Source: Octopus vulgaris | Taxonomy: Eukaryota | DNA length: 64,000 bases | Assembly: GCA_951406725.2 (NCBI GenBank) | Contig: OX597814.1 | Span: forward strand, 99,014,001 to 99,078,000 | Direction of reading: 5' to 3' | Shown here: piece by piece, positions 14,783 to 27,235 of the stretch | Position numbering within the stretch: position 1 is the stretch's first letter | How the letters are laid out: every line of letters starts with the position of its first letter | The notes under the pieces: model-generated | What the model saw: the letters and a program-made list of their open reading frames with translations, nothing else | Database searches by the model: none | What the model was told of the DNA's origin: nothing | Program-made: the position numbers and the translations under genes

Positions 14783-15617
14783 GATAGATATATAGATAGA
14801 TAGATAGATAGATAGATATATGTACGTACAGATATAAATATGTGTATATAATATGTATATATACATGCATAACTATTTATATATACATATATCTATATAC
14901 ATACATACATATGTATATATATACAAATATATACACACACACACATATATATATATACACGCGCGCACGCACACACCCTTACACACATACACACCCATAT
15001 ATGTATACCTACATCGCTAGCTGGTGCTTGCAATGTTGCTGTTGTTGTCATCGCCATTACAGTTGTTGTTGTTGCTGTTTCCGTGGTTTGTGATGGACAT
15101 GGCGCTGTTGTTTTTGTTTGTTGCTGTGGTGTGGGTGGTGGTATTGTCGTCGATGGTGAAACTGGTCTATTGTGGCGGCAGCGGCAGTGATAGCTGTAGT
15201 GAATGTAGTGTGTTTTTTTTTTTTTTTTCATTATATTCTTTCTTTTATTTATTTACTTACTTCATCTATTATATTATTATTTGTTTTGTTTTTTGTTATT
15301 GTTTTCCACTTGCTTTCTGGTGTTGTCAACTACCTGATGCCATCAATGTGTCCGTCGTTTAAATAGAAGCAGACGCAATAATGAAACTTCCATTGGTTAG
15401 GTCACAGAAGTCACCTGAACGATAACTCAAGAAAACACGTCTAAGGACATTCTCGACAGGTAAACATACCTGAGAGAAGAATAAGGAAAAGGACGAGAAG
15501 GAGGCGGGTGTCCGGGGAGATTAAAGGGTGGAGTGGGTTTATAGGTGGCGAGGAGGAAGGACAAGAAGACAAGGCGTAGGTTTTTAAGGAGGTGTGTGGG
15601 ATGGAGAGAGAGAGAGG

Positions 15618-15661
<44 letters not shown>

Positions 15662-16499
15662 CTGAGAAAAGGAAGGGGACAGGAAAGTCTAGTGTGTCAG
15701 AGATGGAACAAGTGAGAAAGCACTCATTGAACTCAGGGTAGATTGTATTCATGTCATTCATAACACACACGTACACACACACGCACACATACACAGACAC
15801 AATCTTGCGCACAGATTAATACATACACATATACACGTATGACCACGCACACCTGCACATACATGGGCACAGACACATATATGTATATGTATTTATATGT
15901 ATATATATATATATATTTGTGTGTGAGTGTGTGTGTGTGGGTGTGTGTGCTGCTTGTATTATGTGTATGTATACATAAGTATATATTATATATATTCGAA
16001 GGGGTTTGTAGCTGTGTGCATATTCAAGCTTATTAATATTCATTTTCCGAGTGAAATGGATACCATCCTGACGTGCTTGATTACACACAGACATACATGT
16101 ACAAACATATATATGTGTATGTGTATATGTATATATATATATATATATATATACGTGTGCACACTCGCATAAACATACGCATAAATATATATACAACGTG
16201 TGTAATTATATGAAATTATATGGTATATGTATCTGCTCGTGCATGAACTGAAATATATGAGATGCGTATATATGTGAATATATGTGTTCGCGTTCGTTTC
16301 TGTATTTATGAATTCATATATAAATGGATACATACACACATACACACACACACACGCACTTGCGCGCGCACATACACACATACATACAAATGCATGATAT
16401 GTTGTCTGTATACGTGTGTGTATGCGTGCATGATTTTAAACTCAAGTGTTTACCTCTGGACACATATACACGCATATAAGTATATGTATCTATTCATAC

Positions 16500-16547
<48 letters not shown>

Positions 16548-16548
<1 letters not shown>

Positions 16549-16846
16549 AACGTCGCCGTTTTCAAGCCTAGTCAGACTCATGGGCCCGGTTTCCTGGTTT
16601 CTGTGGCGTATGTGTTCCCCTCAGCTGGACGGAACGCCAGTCGATCGCAGCGTTACTCAAGAAACAGGAAAAGAGAGTGAGAGAGTTGTGGTGAAAGAGT
16701 ACGACAGTGGTCGCCACCATTCCTTGCCGGCGTCTCGTGGAGCTTTTAGGTCGTTTTGCTCAATAAACACACACAACGCCCGGTCTGGGAATCGAAACCG
16801 CGATCTTCCGAGAGTCCGCTGCCCTAACCACTGGGCCATTGCGCCT
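16548..16846 (-). mobile_element. tRNA-derived SINE
   Basis: Minus strand begins aggcgcaatggcccagtggttagggcagcgg...gtttcgattcccag (A and B boxes). Confidence 0.85.
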
Positions 16847-16951
16847 CTCTCTCTCACACACATACATACACACATATATATACATATATATGTGTGTGTG
16901 TATATATGTATGTATATGTATATGCCTATTTGTCTATGTGTCTATGTATGA

Positions 16952-16989
<38 letters not shown>

Positions 16990-17200
16990 ATATAGGGTGG
17001 CAAAAGATTTCGTAGAATTTATTTGCCACCAGCGGCCTAGTGGGAAAAAATTAAATAGTCATAGACCATTTATAAGTTCAACATCACAATCAAGGAATGG
17101 CCATAATAGGCCATTCACCCACTAGAAATAACAGCCAAAGCTTCAACCGCAAAATAACATTAATTCCGCAAACCAGGAGAAAATTAAAAAAACATTTACC

Positions 17201-17313
17201 CTGTAATTTCTTATACGATGCACCGTTTCATCTATTGTTTAATGGTAAACTAACCTGATTAAATTAAATCAAGCCAATCTTCCATAGGCCGATAGATTCG
17301 TCAGTAAGAACAG
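17201..17313 (-). ncRNA. Type I hammerhead ribozyme, copy 1
   Basis: Minus strand: ctg-ttctta CTGACGA atctat..atagat GAAA cggtgcatcg TA taagaa-atta-cag. Core intact and stems I, II and III all pair. Confidence 0.88.
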
Positions 17314-17685
17314 CCAGATCCGAGCAGATATTATCACGAGGCACCTCTATCCCTGCCTCGGCAATATCTGACCTAAAATTTTCAAATCATCGCACTCGCG
17401 CCAAATTTATCGGCAGCAAATATAAGCCGCTAATTCCATTACGGAATTAACCAGAAAATTCATAATTAATCAATATAGGGTGGCAAAAAATTTCGTAGAA
17501 TTTATTTGCCACCAGCGGCCTAGTGGGAAAAAAATTAAATAGTCATAGACCATTTATAAGTTCAACATCACAATCAAGGAATGGCCATAATAGGCCATTC
17601 ACCCACTAGAAATAACAGCCAAAGCTTCAACCGCAAAATAACATTAATTCCGCAAACCAGGAGAAAATTAAAAAAAACATTTACC

Positions 17686-17798
17686 CTGTAATTTCTTATA
17701 CGATGCACCGTTTCATCTATTGTTTAATGGTAAACTAACCTGATTAAATTAAATCAAGCCAATCTTCCATAGGCCGATAGATTCGTCAGTAAGAACAG
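17686..17798 (-). ncRNA. Type I hammerhead ribozyme, copy 2
   Basis: Same motif as copy 1. Confidence 0.88.
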
Positions 17799-18168
17799 CC
17801 AGATCCGAGCAGATATTATCACGAGGCACCTCTATCCCTGCCTCGGCAATATCTGACCTAAAATTTTCAAATCATCGCACTCGCGCCAAATTTATCGGCA
17901 GCAAATATAAGCCGCTGATTCCATTACGGAATTAACCAGAAAATTCATAATTAATCAATATAGGGTGGCAAAAAATTTCGTAGAATTTATTTGCCACCAG
18001 CGGCCTAGTGGGAAAAAATTAAATAGTCATAGACCATTTATAAGTTCAACATCACAATCAAGGAATGGCCATAATAGGCCATTCACCCACTAGAAATAAC
18101 AGCCAAAGCTTCAACCGCAAAATAACATTAATTCCGCAAACCAGGAGAAAATTAAAAAAACATTTACC

Positions 18169-18281
18169 CTGTAATTTCTTATACGATGCACCGTTTCATC
18201 TATTGTTTAATGGTAAACTAACCTGATTAAATTAAATCAAGCCAATCTTCCATAGGCCGATAGATTCGTCAGTAAGAACAG
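18169..18281 (-). ncRNA. Type I hammerhead ribozyme, copy 3
   Basis: Same motif as copy 1. Confidence 0.88.
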
Positions 18282-18750
18282 CCAGATCCGAGCAGATATT
18301 ATCACGAGGCACCTCTATCCCTGCCTCGGCAATATCTGACCTAAAATTTTCAAATCATCGCACTCGTGCCAAATTTATCGGCAGCAAATATAAGCCGCTG
18401 ATTCCATTACGGAATTAACCAGAAAATTCATAATTAATCAATATAGGGTGGCAAAAAATTTCGTAGAATTTATTTGCCACCAGCGGCCTAGTGGGAAAAA
18501 ATTAAATAGTCATAGACCATTTATAAGTTCAACATCACAATCAAGGCCGCTGGTGGCAAATAAATTCTACGAAATTTTTTGTCACCCTATATTGATTAAT
18601 TATGAATTTTCTGGTTAATTCGTAATGGAATCAGCGGCTTATATTTGCTGCCGATAAATTTGGCGCGAGTGCGATGATTTGAAAATTTTAGGTCAGATAT
18701 TGCCGAGGCAGGGATAGAGGTGCCTCGTGATAATATCTGCTCGGATCTGG

Positions 18751-18863
18751 CTGTTCTTACTGACGAATCTATCGGCCTATGGAAGATTGGCTTGATTTAA
18801 TTTAATCAGGTTAGTTTACCATTAAACAATAGATGAAACGGTGCATCGTATAAGAAATTACAG
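18751..18863 (+). ncRNA. Type I hammerhead ribozyme, inverted copy (predicted cleavage after GUA at 18850)
   Basis: Plus strand: ctgttctta CTGACGA atctat...atagat GAAA cggtgcatcg TA taagaa attacag. Confidence 0.88.
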
Positions 18864-18889
18864 GGTAAATGTTTTTTTAATTTTCTCCA

Positions 18890-18948
<59 letters not shown>

Positions 18949-19736
18949 AGTGAATGTATGTATGTATACACACACACGCATAATACCAGTTTCATTCAGG
19001 TTTTAATGCAGCAACACTCTTTAGTTCGAAAGCCGGTAAAAGAATTACAAATTTATATAATAAAATGATTTGCTCACTTTGCTCTCCTTGTTAATAATTA
19101 TAAGCAGAACCCAAATGCAGTGCCTGCATATATATAGCGGCAGTGGATGTGTAAACGTTATTGTTTCAAGGGCTAGGTTTGTCAGCCAACTAAAGTCACA
19201 TGAGGCCGAGGTAAATCCAGCTCCTTGCGAGATGGTTGCACCGTCACGCGAACTACGGTGGGTTTGTACTGAAAAGAGAAATAAATGTCACATCTGTGAA
19301 ATTTTCCGCAGAATGAAAGCTAGGCTGCAAAGCCACCTGCATCTACTTGTTTGTGCAATGTTCATTGAGGACATGGCTCTTTTCTGATAAGTAGTTGCAA
19401 TCAGAACACACACATATATGTGTGTGTTTGTGTGTGTTTGTGTGTGTGTGTGTGTGCGCGTGTAGTGTGTTTGTGTGTGTGTGTATGTGGATGCATGTTT
19501 GTTTGTCAATACATGCAATACAGCAATTCCGTTTTTGTATCAAACAATATATTACTTATCATTGCGTTACTATCAGTTTCGCGTAGAATATTATCATTAA
19601 ACAATTTTGAATTTCCTTCAATATAATTTATTGGCAATATTCGATAAGGAACTCAATGTGCCACGCTGATCAGTCATATGTCCTCACTAATTTGACAATA
19701 TAAATACACACAGACAAACCAGTTTTTATATATTTA

Positions 19737-19821
<85 letters not shown>

Positions 19822-19890
19822 GTATCAGTGCGTGTATATATACACATGCACACATGTATATATACATGTATACATATGTATATATGTATG

Positions 19891-19949
<59 letters not shown>

Positions 19950-19951
<2 letters not shown>

Positions 19952-20142
19952 CGATATTATCCAATGGAAAGGTAAAGACCGATAAAGCTTGGTACCAGTG
20001 ACGTTGCAACTTAATTCTACAGCTGAGTGAACTGGAGCAACGTGAAATAAAATATCTTGCTCAAGAACACGACACAGCCCGATCGAACTTACTACCTTAT
20101 GATTGTGAGCCCGACGCTCTAACCACTGAGCCATACATCTTC
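19950..20142 (-). mobile_element. tRNA-derived SINE, family C, partial
   Basis: Reverse complement of the 12727 head (ctctaaccactgagccat; tcttgctcaagaacac). Confidence 0.8.
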
Positions 20143-20764
20143 AATTGCTTTAAATACAGAATGCCAAATTGAATAACATAGTTTCTGATAAACAGAAAGA
20201 TGAGATAATCATGAGTGTAACGCCTCTGATCATATACTAAATAACAAACGGATTTAGTTTTAATTTTAGGGTTGAGTCATCTTGACACAAACCAGCAATT
20301 ATTGTAGCTATAATTTATTAATATCATATCCAATGTATCTCAACATATATTTAGAAAATGTAATAGCTTTTATAGAAATTCTGCGAATCATCTACGACAA
20401 ATACACATCAAAAATTACTTTGCATCTATCAATTCCAGCATCAATAACGATGTAGCAGTAATACGGTTCCCTTGTATAAGTACAAACAACGATTTTTATA
20501 CGTCTCAAATACAATGGCAACTGGATTTGAACGTAGATGGCAAGGAGTTGTAACCAATCACTGTAAGGTATTTTGTACCTTGCTTTATTAATCGAAAACG
20601 CTCGCAGCCATACAAATAAGAATTTCACACGATGATACAAACGTAAAAGGTTATCATTCTTGATTTTATTATGCCTATAATAATGACACAGACATTCGTG
20701 TCATCATCTGCTTCAGTGGTTCTCAACCGAAGTCTATATGGCCCCTGAGGATCCATATACTCCT

Positions 20765-21788
20765 TGAGAAGATGCTCAAGCTTTATCAACAGTGCAAAAG
20801 TAAGCAGCTGAATTTAGGAGGGAAAGGGAGAGGTTTGAAGATGACTCTAGATCTGGACGTCCAACAACTGCCACCACCAAGGAAAACATTGATTGTACTC
20901 ACCACATGACAACAGATGACAGGCGATTGACTATAAATCAAATAGCCAATACTATAAGCATATCCCGTGAGAAAGTTGAGAATATTACACACAATGAACT
21001 TTTATCAAGAAGGATTCTGCTCGGTGGGTGCCGTATCTTCTGATACCTGATCAAAAGCGCACAACGCTGATCACATCACGGAAAAATCTGACATTGTTTC
21101 AAGCAGATCAAGCTAGTTTCCTTGAATGTTTCCTAAACCAGGATGAGTGTTGGGGGTCGTCCCTTTGACCCAGAGATAAAGGAACAATCCATGAAGTTAA
21201 AATACCCATCCTCACCTCCTCCAAAAGAAGGTCAAGGTCGTCTCATCAGTAGTGAAGGTGATAACCTCAGTTTTTGGGATGCAAGACGCATAGTATTTAT
21301 TGACTATCTTCAAAAGGGCCACACCATTAATGGATAGTAATATACCAACTTGCTGAGGTAGTTATGAAAGGATAATAAAAGCAAATGGCCGGAAAAACTG
21401 ACGGAAGGAGTTGTGTTTCATCAGGACAATACTTCAGCACACCGGACCTTGGTTTTAGTGGCTGCTGTTCGCGACTTTGGATTTGAACTGTTTATCGTCT
21501 ATCTATTCTCCTGATTTAGCCCCATCTGACTATCATCTGTTCGCCAACATGAAGGAACACTTCGCTGGGAACCAGTATCGCGGTGATGACGATGTCATAT
21601 CTGCTATTGATGACTTTTTTTTATATATCAACAAAATGAAAGCTTCTCCACCAATGGGATCCAAGCACTGCAACACTTATAGCAGAAATGTGTGGGCCAC
21701 AAAGGGAACTGTTTTGGAAAATAAACCTCGTATGATCATATTCCATGAGAGTATTTTGGTGAGCCTGTTAACTTTCAGCCAACCCTCG
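20765..21788 (+). pseudogene. 5'-truncated, frameshifted mariner transposase with right TIR
   Basis: Across frames: EDDSRSGRPTT..DRRLTI..IA, SARWVPYLL, FWDARRIVFIDYLQKGHTING, FHQDN, YSPDLAPSDYHLF. Ends aactttcagccaaccctcg followed by TA. Confidence 0.92.
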
Positions 21789-21984
21789 TAAAACATGATG
21801 AGATTTGAAATGTTAGAAGTAAATATACTTCAGCTGTCAGTCCTTACTTAGTTTTCTACAGTTTACAGGCAGTGTCTCCCGAGCCCTTGAACATAACTCA
21901 CTACTCATCTATAAATGTATCTCGTTGTCGTTGCTCTTATTGTTTAGCCTCATCTCTACCCTGATTTGATTGGGTATACATACC

Positions 21985-22212
21985 TATTTCTTTATTACCC
22001 ACAAGGGGCTAAACACAAAGAGGACAGACAAACGGATTAAGTCGATTATATCGACTCCAGTGCGTAACTGGTACTTATTTAATCGACCCCGAAAGGATGA
22101 AAGGCAAAGTCGACCTCTGCGGAGTGAATTTGAACTCAGTACGTAGCGGCAGGCGAAATATCGCAAAGCATTTCGCCCGGCGTGCTAACGTTTCTGCCAG
22201 CTCGCCGCCTTA
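21985..22212 (-). mobile_element. Family-B SINE
   Basis: Closely matches 12455-12683. Confidence 0.88.
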
Positions 22213-23142
22213 TATACATACAAGAAGATGGGTTTCAGTTGTAACGATCCTGTATTTACGAACATTAAGAAATGCTCTTTCAAAGAATGCCATGTCTTTT
22301 CTTTGGTTTTGTTTTTGAAATAGAATGGAAATAGGAAAGGTAATTTCGTTGGTATTTCTAGCATGTTAGGTGACTGCGTAGAAACTCTTCCGTTGATATG
22401 CATTAATTTTATTGTCGTTGTTAATATCATCGTTCTATTGCCGTTGTTGTTGTTGTTCTTGATATTGATACTTTTGTTACTGATGTGGTGTGTATTGTAG
22501 TTAATGTTCTATTACCATAGCGTTTTAAAGAATATAACTGTTTGCAAAAATAGCCTCGTAGACGCCTCTTTAATCGACGGAACTCCATTTAATCAAAAAG
22601 AGGCACTTGATTAAACATGATGAACTTAACAAACGTAATAGTAAATTACTGCAAACAGGGTTAAAAAAAACATAAATAAGAATATAAATAAACAACTAAA
22701 ATAATACTAACACCTTTTCTCGCCAACAAGCATCAGTATCGTTAGAGGTAAAAAAAAAAAAGAAGTCCCCACCATTATCACCGTCAGTAAGAGATTATAA
22801 ACAACTATTAAAAAGCAAAGTCAACATCGACAACAACTTACAATGATGTAAACATATACAAACAGTAAGAAAACAAACAAACATATGTTAAAAATCAGTT
22901 ATATTGGAAAGACGTTATCTCTATGGCACCTTCTTGTCTTTGAGCAAAACTGAAATGAAAAGTAACAACAACGTAATTATTTTTTCAAAAAAAAAAAATT
23001 AATTAAAAACAAATTAAACGGAAAAAAGAAATCTCGGCGTTTTAATAATACTTTTACTTCATCTTTTCGTTTATTTGTTTATAAATGAAGGCAAATGTAT
23101 GTGTATATCTGTACGTGTGTGTGTGTGTGTATATATATCTAT

Positions 23143-23194
<52 letters not shown>

Positions 23195-23436
23195 AGATGT
23201 GCCTATATATATTTTCATATATACGTACATATACATATACATATATCATATACACAAACGTGTTTGTGTGTGTGTGTGTGTATGTGTGTGTGTGTGTGTG
23301 TGTGTGCATTCACTTTTAATTTAAATTGAAAATTTTAATTTTAACGAGTTGGGGAGGGAAATTATAACATTCTTTAAGTTAAAAGTCAAATTAGAAGAGA
23401 CCGAGAGGGCAAGAACTGATGAATATCGTGTGTGTA

Positions 23437-23479
<43 letters not shown>

Positions 23480-23515
23480 ACGTACATACATACATACATA
23501 CATACACACACACAC

Positions 23516-23556
<41 letters not shown>

Positions 23557-24147
23557 CATACATACAATATATATGCATATATACATACATAGACGCAGAC
23601 ATATATATGAATGTGTGTGTGTAGAAAGACAAAGAGAGGGAGCATAATTGACAAATATTTGTGTAATTGTATTAGTATTAGTAGTATCTCTATTAGTCTT
23701 GTTAGTGGAGTTGATGATGATGATGATGGTGGTGATGGTAGTGGTAGTAGTAGGGGTGTTACTGTTGGCGGTGTTGGCGGTGTTAGTAGTGCCTGCGTGT
23801 GATGGTGTCGGTGATAGAGAGATGATAAATGAATGAAACTAATTTGAAAAGCTGTAGTGATTTCGGGCAGACATAATTTGCTAGTTGGTTAAATCACTAC
23901 TAACAATTTCGAAATGACTTGATACTGTTAAGATATCAACAGATCTTATCTTCCCTAAGCTGCCATACACAATAAATTGATCAACAATAGATTTTTTTTT
24001 GTATTATTTTATTCAAAAACGAAAACAATAACAAAATTCTTTTGCTTCTACTGCGTCTATTGTTTTTGTATTTTTTAAAAAATTTTATGTAGTGCTGTTT
24101 CTTTATTTTTAGTGATAACAATTATAATGATGATGATGATAATAATA

Positions 24148-25500
24148 TTCCTTTCTACTAAAAGCACAAGTCCTGAAATTTATGGGGAGGTAACTAGTCA
24201 TTTACACCGATCCCAGTATTTCCCTGCCCCTCGTTTATCGAACCCGAAAGGATGAAAGGCAAAGCTGACCTCGGCGGAATTTGAACTCAGAACGTATAAA
24301 CAGGCGAAATGCCGCTAAGCATTTTGTCTGGCGTGCTAACGATTCTGCCAGCTCGACGCCTTAATAATAATAATGATTTAAAATTTTAGCACGAGGCCAG
24401 TACGTGTGCGGGGAGGGGAAGTCGATTGCAACCACCCCAGTGTTCACATGGTACTTATTTTATCGATCCCAAAAGGATCAAAATCAAAGTCGTCCTCGGT
24501 GGAATTATAATGGCTTCAAATGTTGATACGGGGCTAGTAGTTTTTGAGGAGAGGAGGAAGCCGATTACATCGACCCCACTACTTGACTGGTACTTATTTT
24601 ATCGAACCCAAAAGGATGACAGGCAATATCGAATTCGGCGGAATTTGAAGTCAGAACGTAAAGTAAGTGTGGTAAGTAGCTTGCTTACCAACCACATGGT
24701 TCCGGGTTCATTCCCTCTGCGTGGCACCTTGGGCAAGTGTCTTTTACTATAACCTCGGGCCAGCTAAAGCCTTGTAACTGGATTTGGTAGACGGAAACTG
24801 AAAGAAGCCCGTCGTATATATGTATATATATGTGTGCGTGTGTATATATATGTTTGTGTGTCTGTGCTTTTGTCCCCCAACATCGCTTGACAACCGATGT
24901 TAACTTAGCGGTTCGGCAAAAGAGACCGATAGAATAAGTACTAGGCTTCCAAAGAATAAGTTCTGGGGTCGATTTGCTCGACTAAAGGCGGTGCTCCAGC
25001 ATGGCCGCAGTCAAATGACTGAAACAAGTAAAAGAGGAAAAGAGTAAAAGGACGAAATGCCTAGCAGCATTTTGCCCGGCGTACTGACGATTCTATTATT
25101 TCGCTACACCAGTACCCATAACAATAGTTTCTGATTTAAGCACAAGTTTAGCATATGTTAGGCGATAGCATCGATCTCACTATTTGACCGAAAGTTCAAT
25201 TTATCGACTCTGAAAGGATGAAGTGCAAAACTAATTCTGGCAGGACTTGAACAGAGAATGTAAAAAGCTGGAACATATACTTCAAGACATTTTGTCTGAT
25301 GCTCTAACAAGTGTACCAATCAACCACCTTACTGGACTTTCTCATTTAGGTATAAGGCCTGCAACTTTTGGTCGAGCAGGGTTCAGTATTGGATTAGTCT
25401 TGCTAGGATTTGAACTCAGAATGTAAAGTGCAGGAACAAATAACACAAAACATATTTTTCTGACGCGCTAACAATTCTGCCAATCCGCCGTACTTATGTA
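24148..25500. mobile_element. SINE cluster: several head-to-tail minus-strand family-B copies with a plus-strand family-A copy (about 24664-25050) nested inside one
   Basis: A family-B copy breaks at cagaacgtaaag (about 24663) and resumes at gacgaaatgcc (25051) around a family-A SINE. Confidence 0.82.
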
Positions 25501-25734
25501 ATTTCTAACATAGGCACCAATCCATGCATGGTGGGGGGATGGTTGGGTAACTATTCGATTATACTTACTCCGATATTTGACGGGTACATTGTTTTTTTTA
25601 CCGATATCATACAAATGAAATATTAGTTCATTTGAAATATTAGTTCATTTGAACTTGAAAAATAAAAAAAGGAAAAAATTCAATACCATAGCACAAATTA
25701 AGCAATATACTTTATACGTGCAGATGTGAATATA

Positions 25735-26082
25735 TGATAAGAAGGTTGCTTCCATACTACATGATTCCAGGTTGAATCCCACTGCGTGGCTATTTAGGCA
25801 CCTTTTACTATAACCTTGAGTCAAAGCCTGGTGAATGAATTTAATAGATGAAATTAAGAGAAACCCGTCGTATATATTTGTATTTATGTGTACATGTCTT
25901 TGCGCTGTGTTTGTACCTCCCATCGCTTGACAACCCGCGTTGGCGTGTGTACGTCGCCGTAACTTAGATGTTCGGCAAAAGACCCCGACAGAATAAATAC
26001 TAGGCTTTAAAAAACGTTTTCAATGCAGTGCTCCAGCATGGCCACAATCTAATGACTGAAACAAGTAAAAAGGTAAAAGAAA
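25735..26082 (+). mobile_element. Family-A SINE, diverged
   Basis: Contains cccactgcgtgg...catcgcttgacaacc...gtgctccagcatggcc..aatgactgaaacaagtaaaa. Confidence 0.8.
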
Positions 26083-26156
26083 AGATACTGTCTGCGCACA
26101 GTACATATTTTATATAAGAACTGAGTCTTGCACTCTCAGGTGTTTTAAATATGTAC

Positions 26157-26198
<42 letters not shown>

Positions 26199-26270
26199 GT
26201 CTGTCTGTCTGCCTGTGTATGTATGTATGTATGTATGTATGTATGTATGTATGTATGTATGTATGTATGA

Positions 26271-26334
<64 letters not shown>

Positions 26335-26369
26335 GATATATATATATATAGGTATGTATATATTATATA

Positions 26370-26447
<78 letters not shown>

Positions 26448-26468
26448 CCTATATACATACATACTCAC

Positions 26469-26545
<77 letters not shown>

Positions 26546-26901
26546 CCTATCTATCTATCTATCTATCCATCTACACACACACATACACGCAGGTGATCAC
26601 TTCGACATATTAATCTGGCACACCGTACACCTGTATGGTTTGATGGAGGAAGTGTACGATTGATGGGGGAAGTGAACTACTGCGCAGCACAACCATGTGA
26701 TTGCTATAAAGAAATCGTCTGGGTGGCTGTTCAGCAAGAAATTGCGTAACTGTTTTTCTCGGACTCGAGTGACCATCATTAGTGTATACGATTGAGTAAA
26801 CAACACATATGACACTTGCCCCTCTCGATATATATATAAATATATAAGCAAAATAGTTAAAAAGTTTCTCTAAGAAATCAAAAATAGTTACTATATTGAG
26901 A

Positions 26902-27142
26902 AGTAATGTTTATCGCCACATCAAAATGGCTGTTCCATAGGAATCAACGTTACTACCGCCTCAGGAGGACCCTCCTCCAGCTGGTTATCAATGCAATCTG
27001 CACCCGATATATATTGCAAGCAGGGGAGCGAACCCCTACCATCTTTCAACAACCTGTTGGAGGAGGCTCCACTTGTGGTTAAAAGCGATAGTAATGTCAG
27101 TTCCTATGGAATAGCCATATTGATGTGACGATGAACATTACT
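26902..27142. repeat. About 240 bp fold-back (long imperfect inverted repeat, MITE-like or inverted element termini)
   Basis: agtaatgtttatcgccacatcaaaatggctgttccataggaa pairs with ttcctatggaatagccatattgatgtgacgatgaacattact, plus inner stems. Confidence 0.85.
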
Positions 27143-27152
27143 CACACACACA

Positions 27153-27235
<83 letters not shown>

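Larger units (their letters stand above)
16987..18888. mobile_element. Retrozyme-like or Penelope pLTR-like array: three full 483-485 bp units, a 109 bp partial unit and an inverted 345 bp copy, inserted in (TA)n
   Basis: Units start at 16987, 17470, 17955 and 18438 (tcaatatagggtggcaaa) and are near identical. 18544-18888 is the reverse complement of a segment spanning a unit junction. Each full unit and the inverted copy contain a hammerhead. Confidence 0.9.

Noticed and set aside
16987-18888. CRISPR-like array or plain satellite DNA
   Set aside because: There are no unique spacers and the context is eukaryotic. Low copy number, an inverted terminus and an intact ribozyme fit a retro-mobilised element better.
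19075-19282. Possible minus-strand exon (tttctcttttcag acceptor, gtgagc donor)
   Set aside because: The translation resembles nothing I recognise and no partner exons were found.
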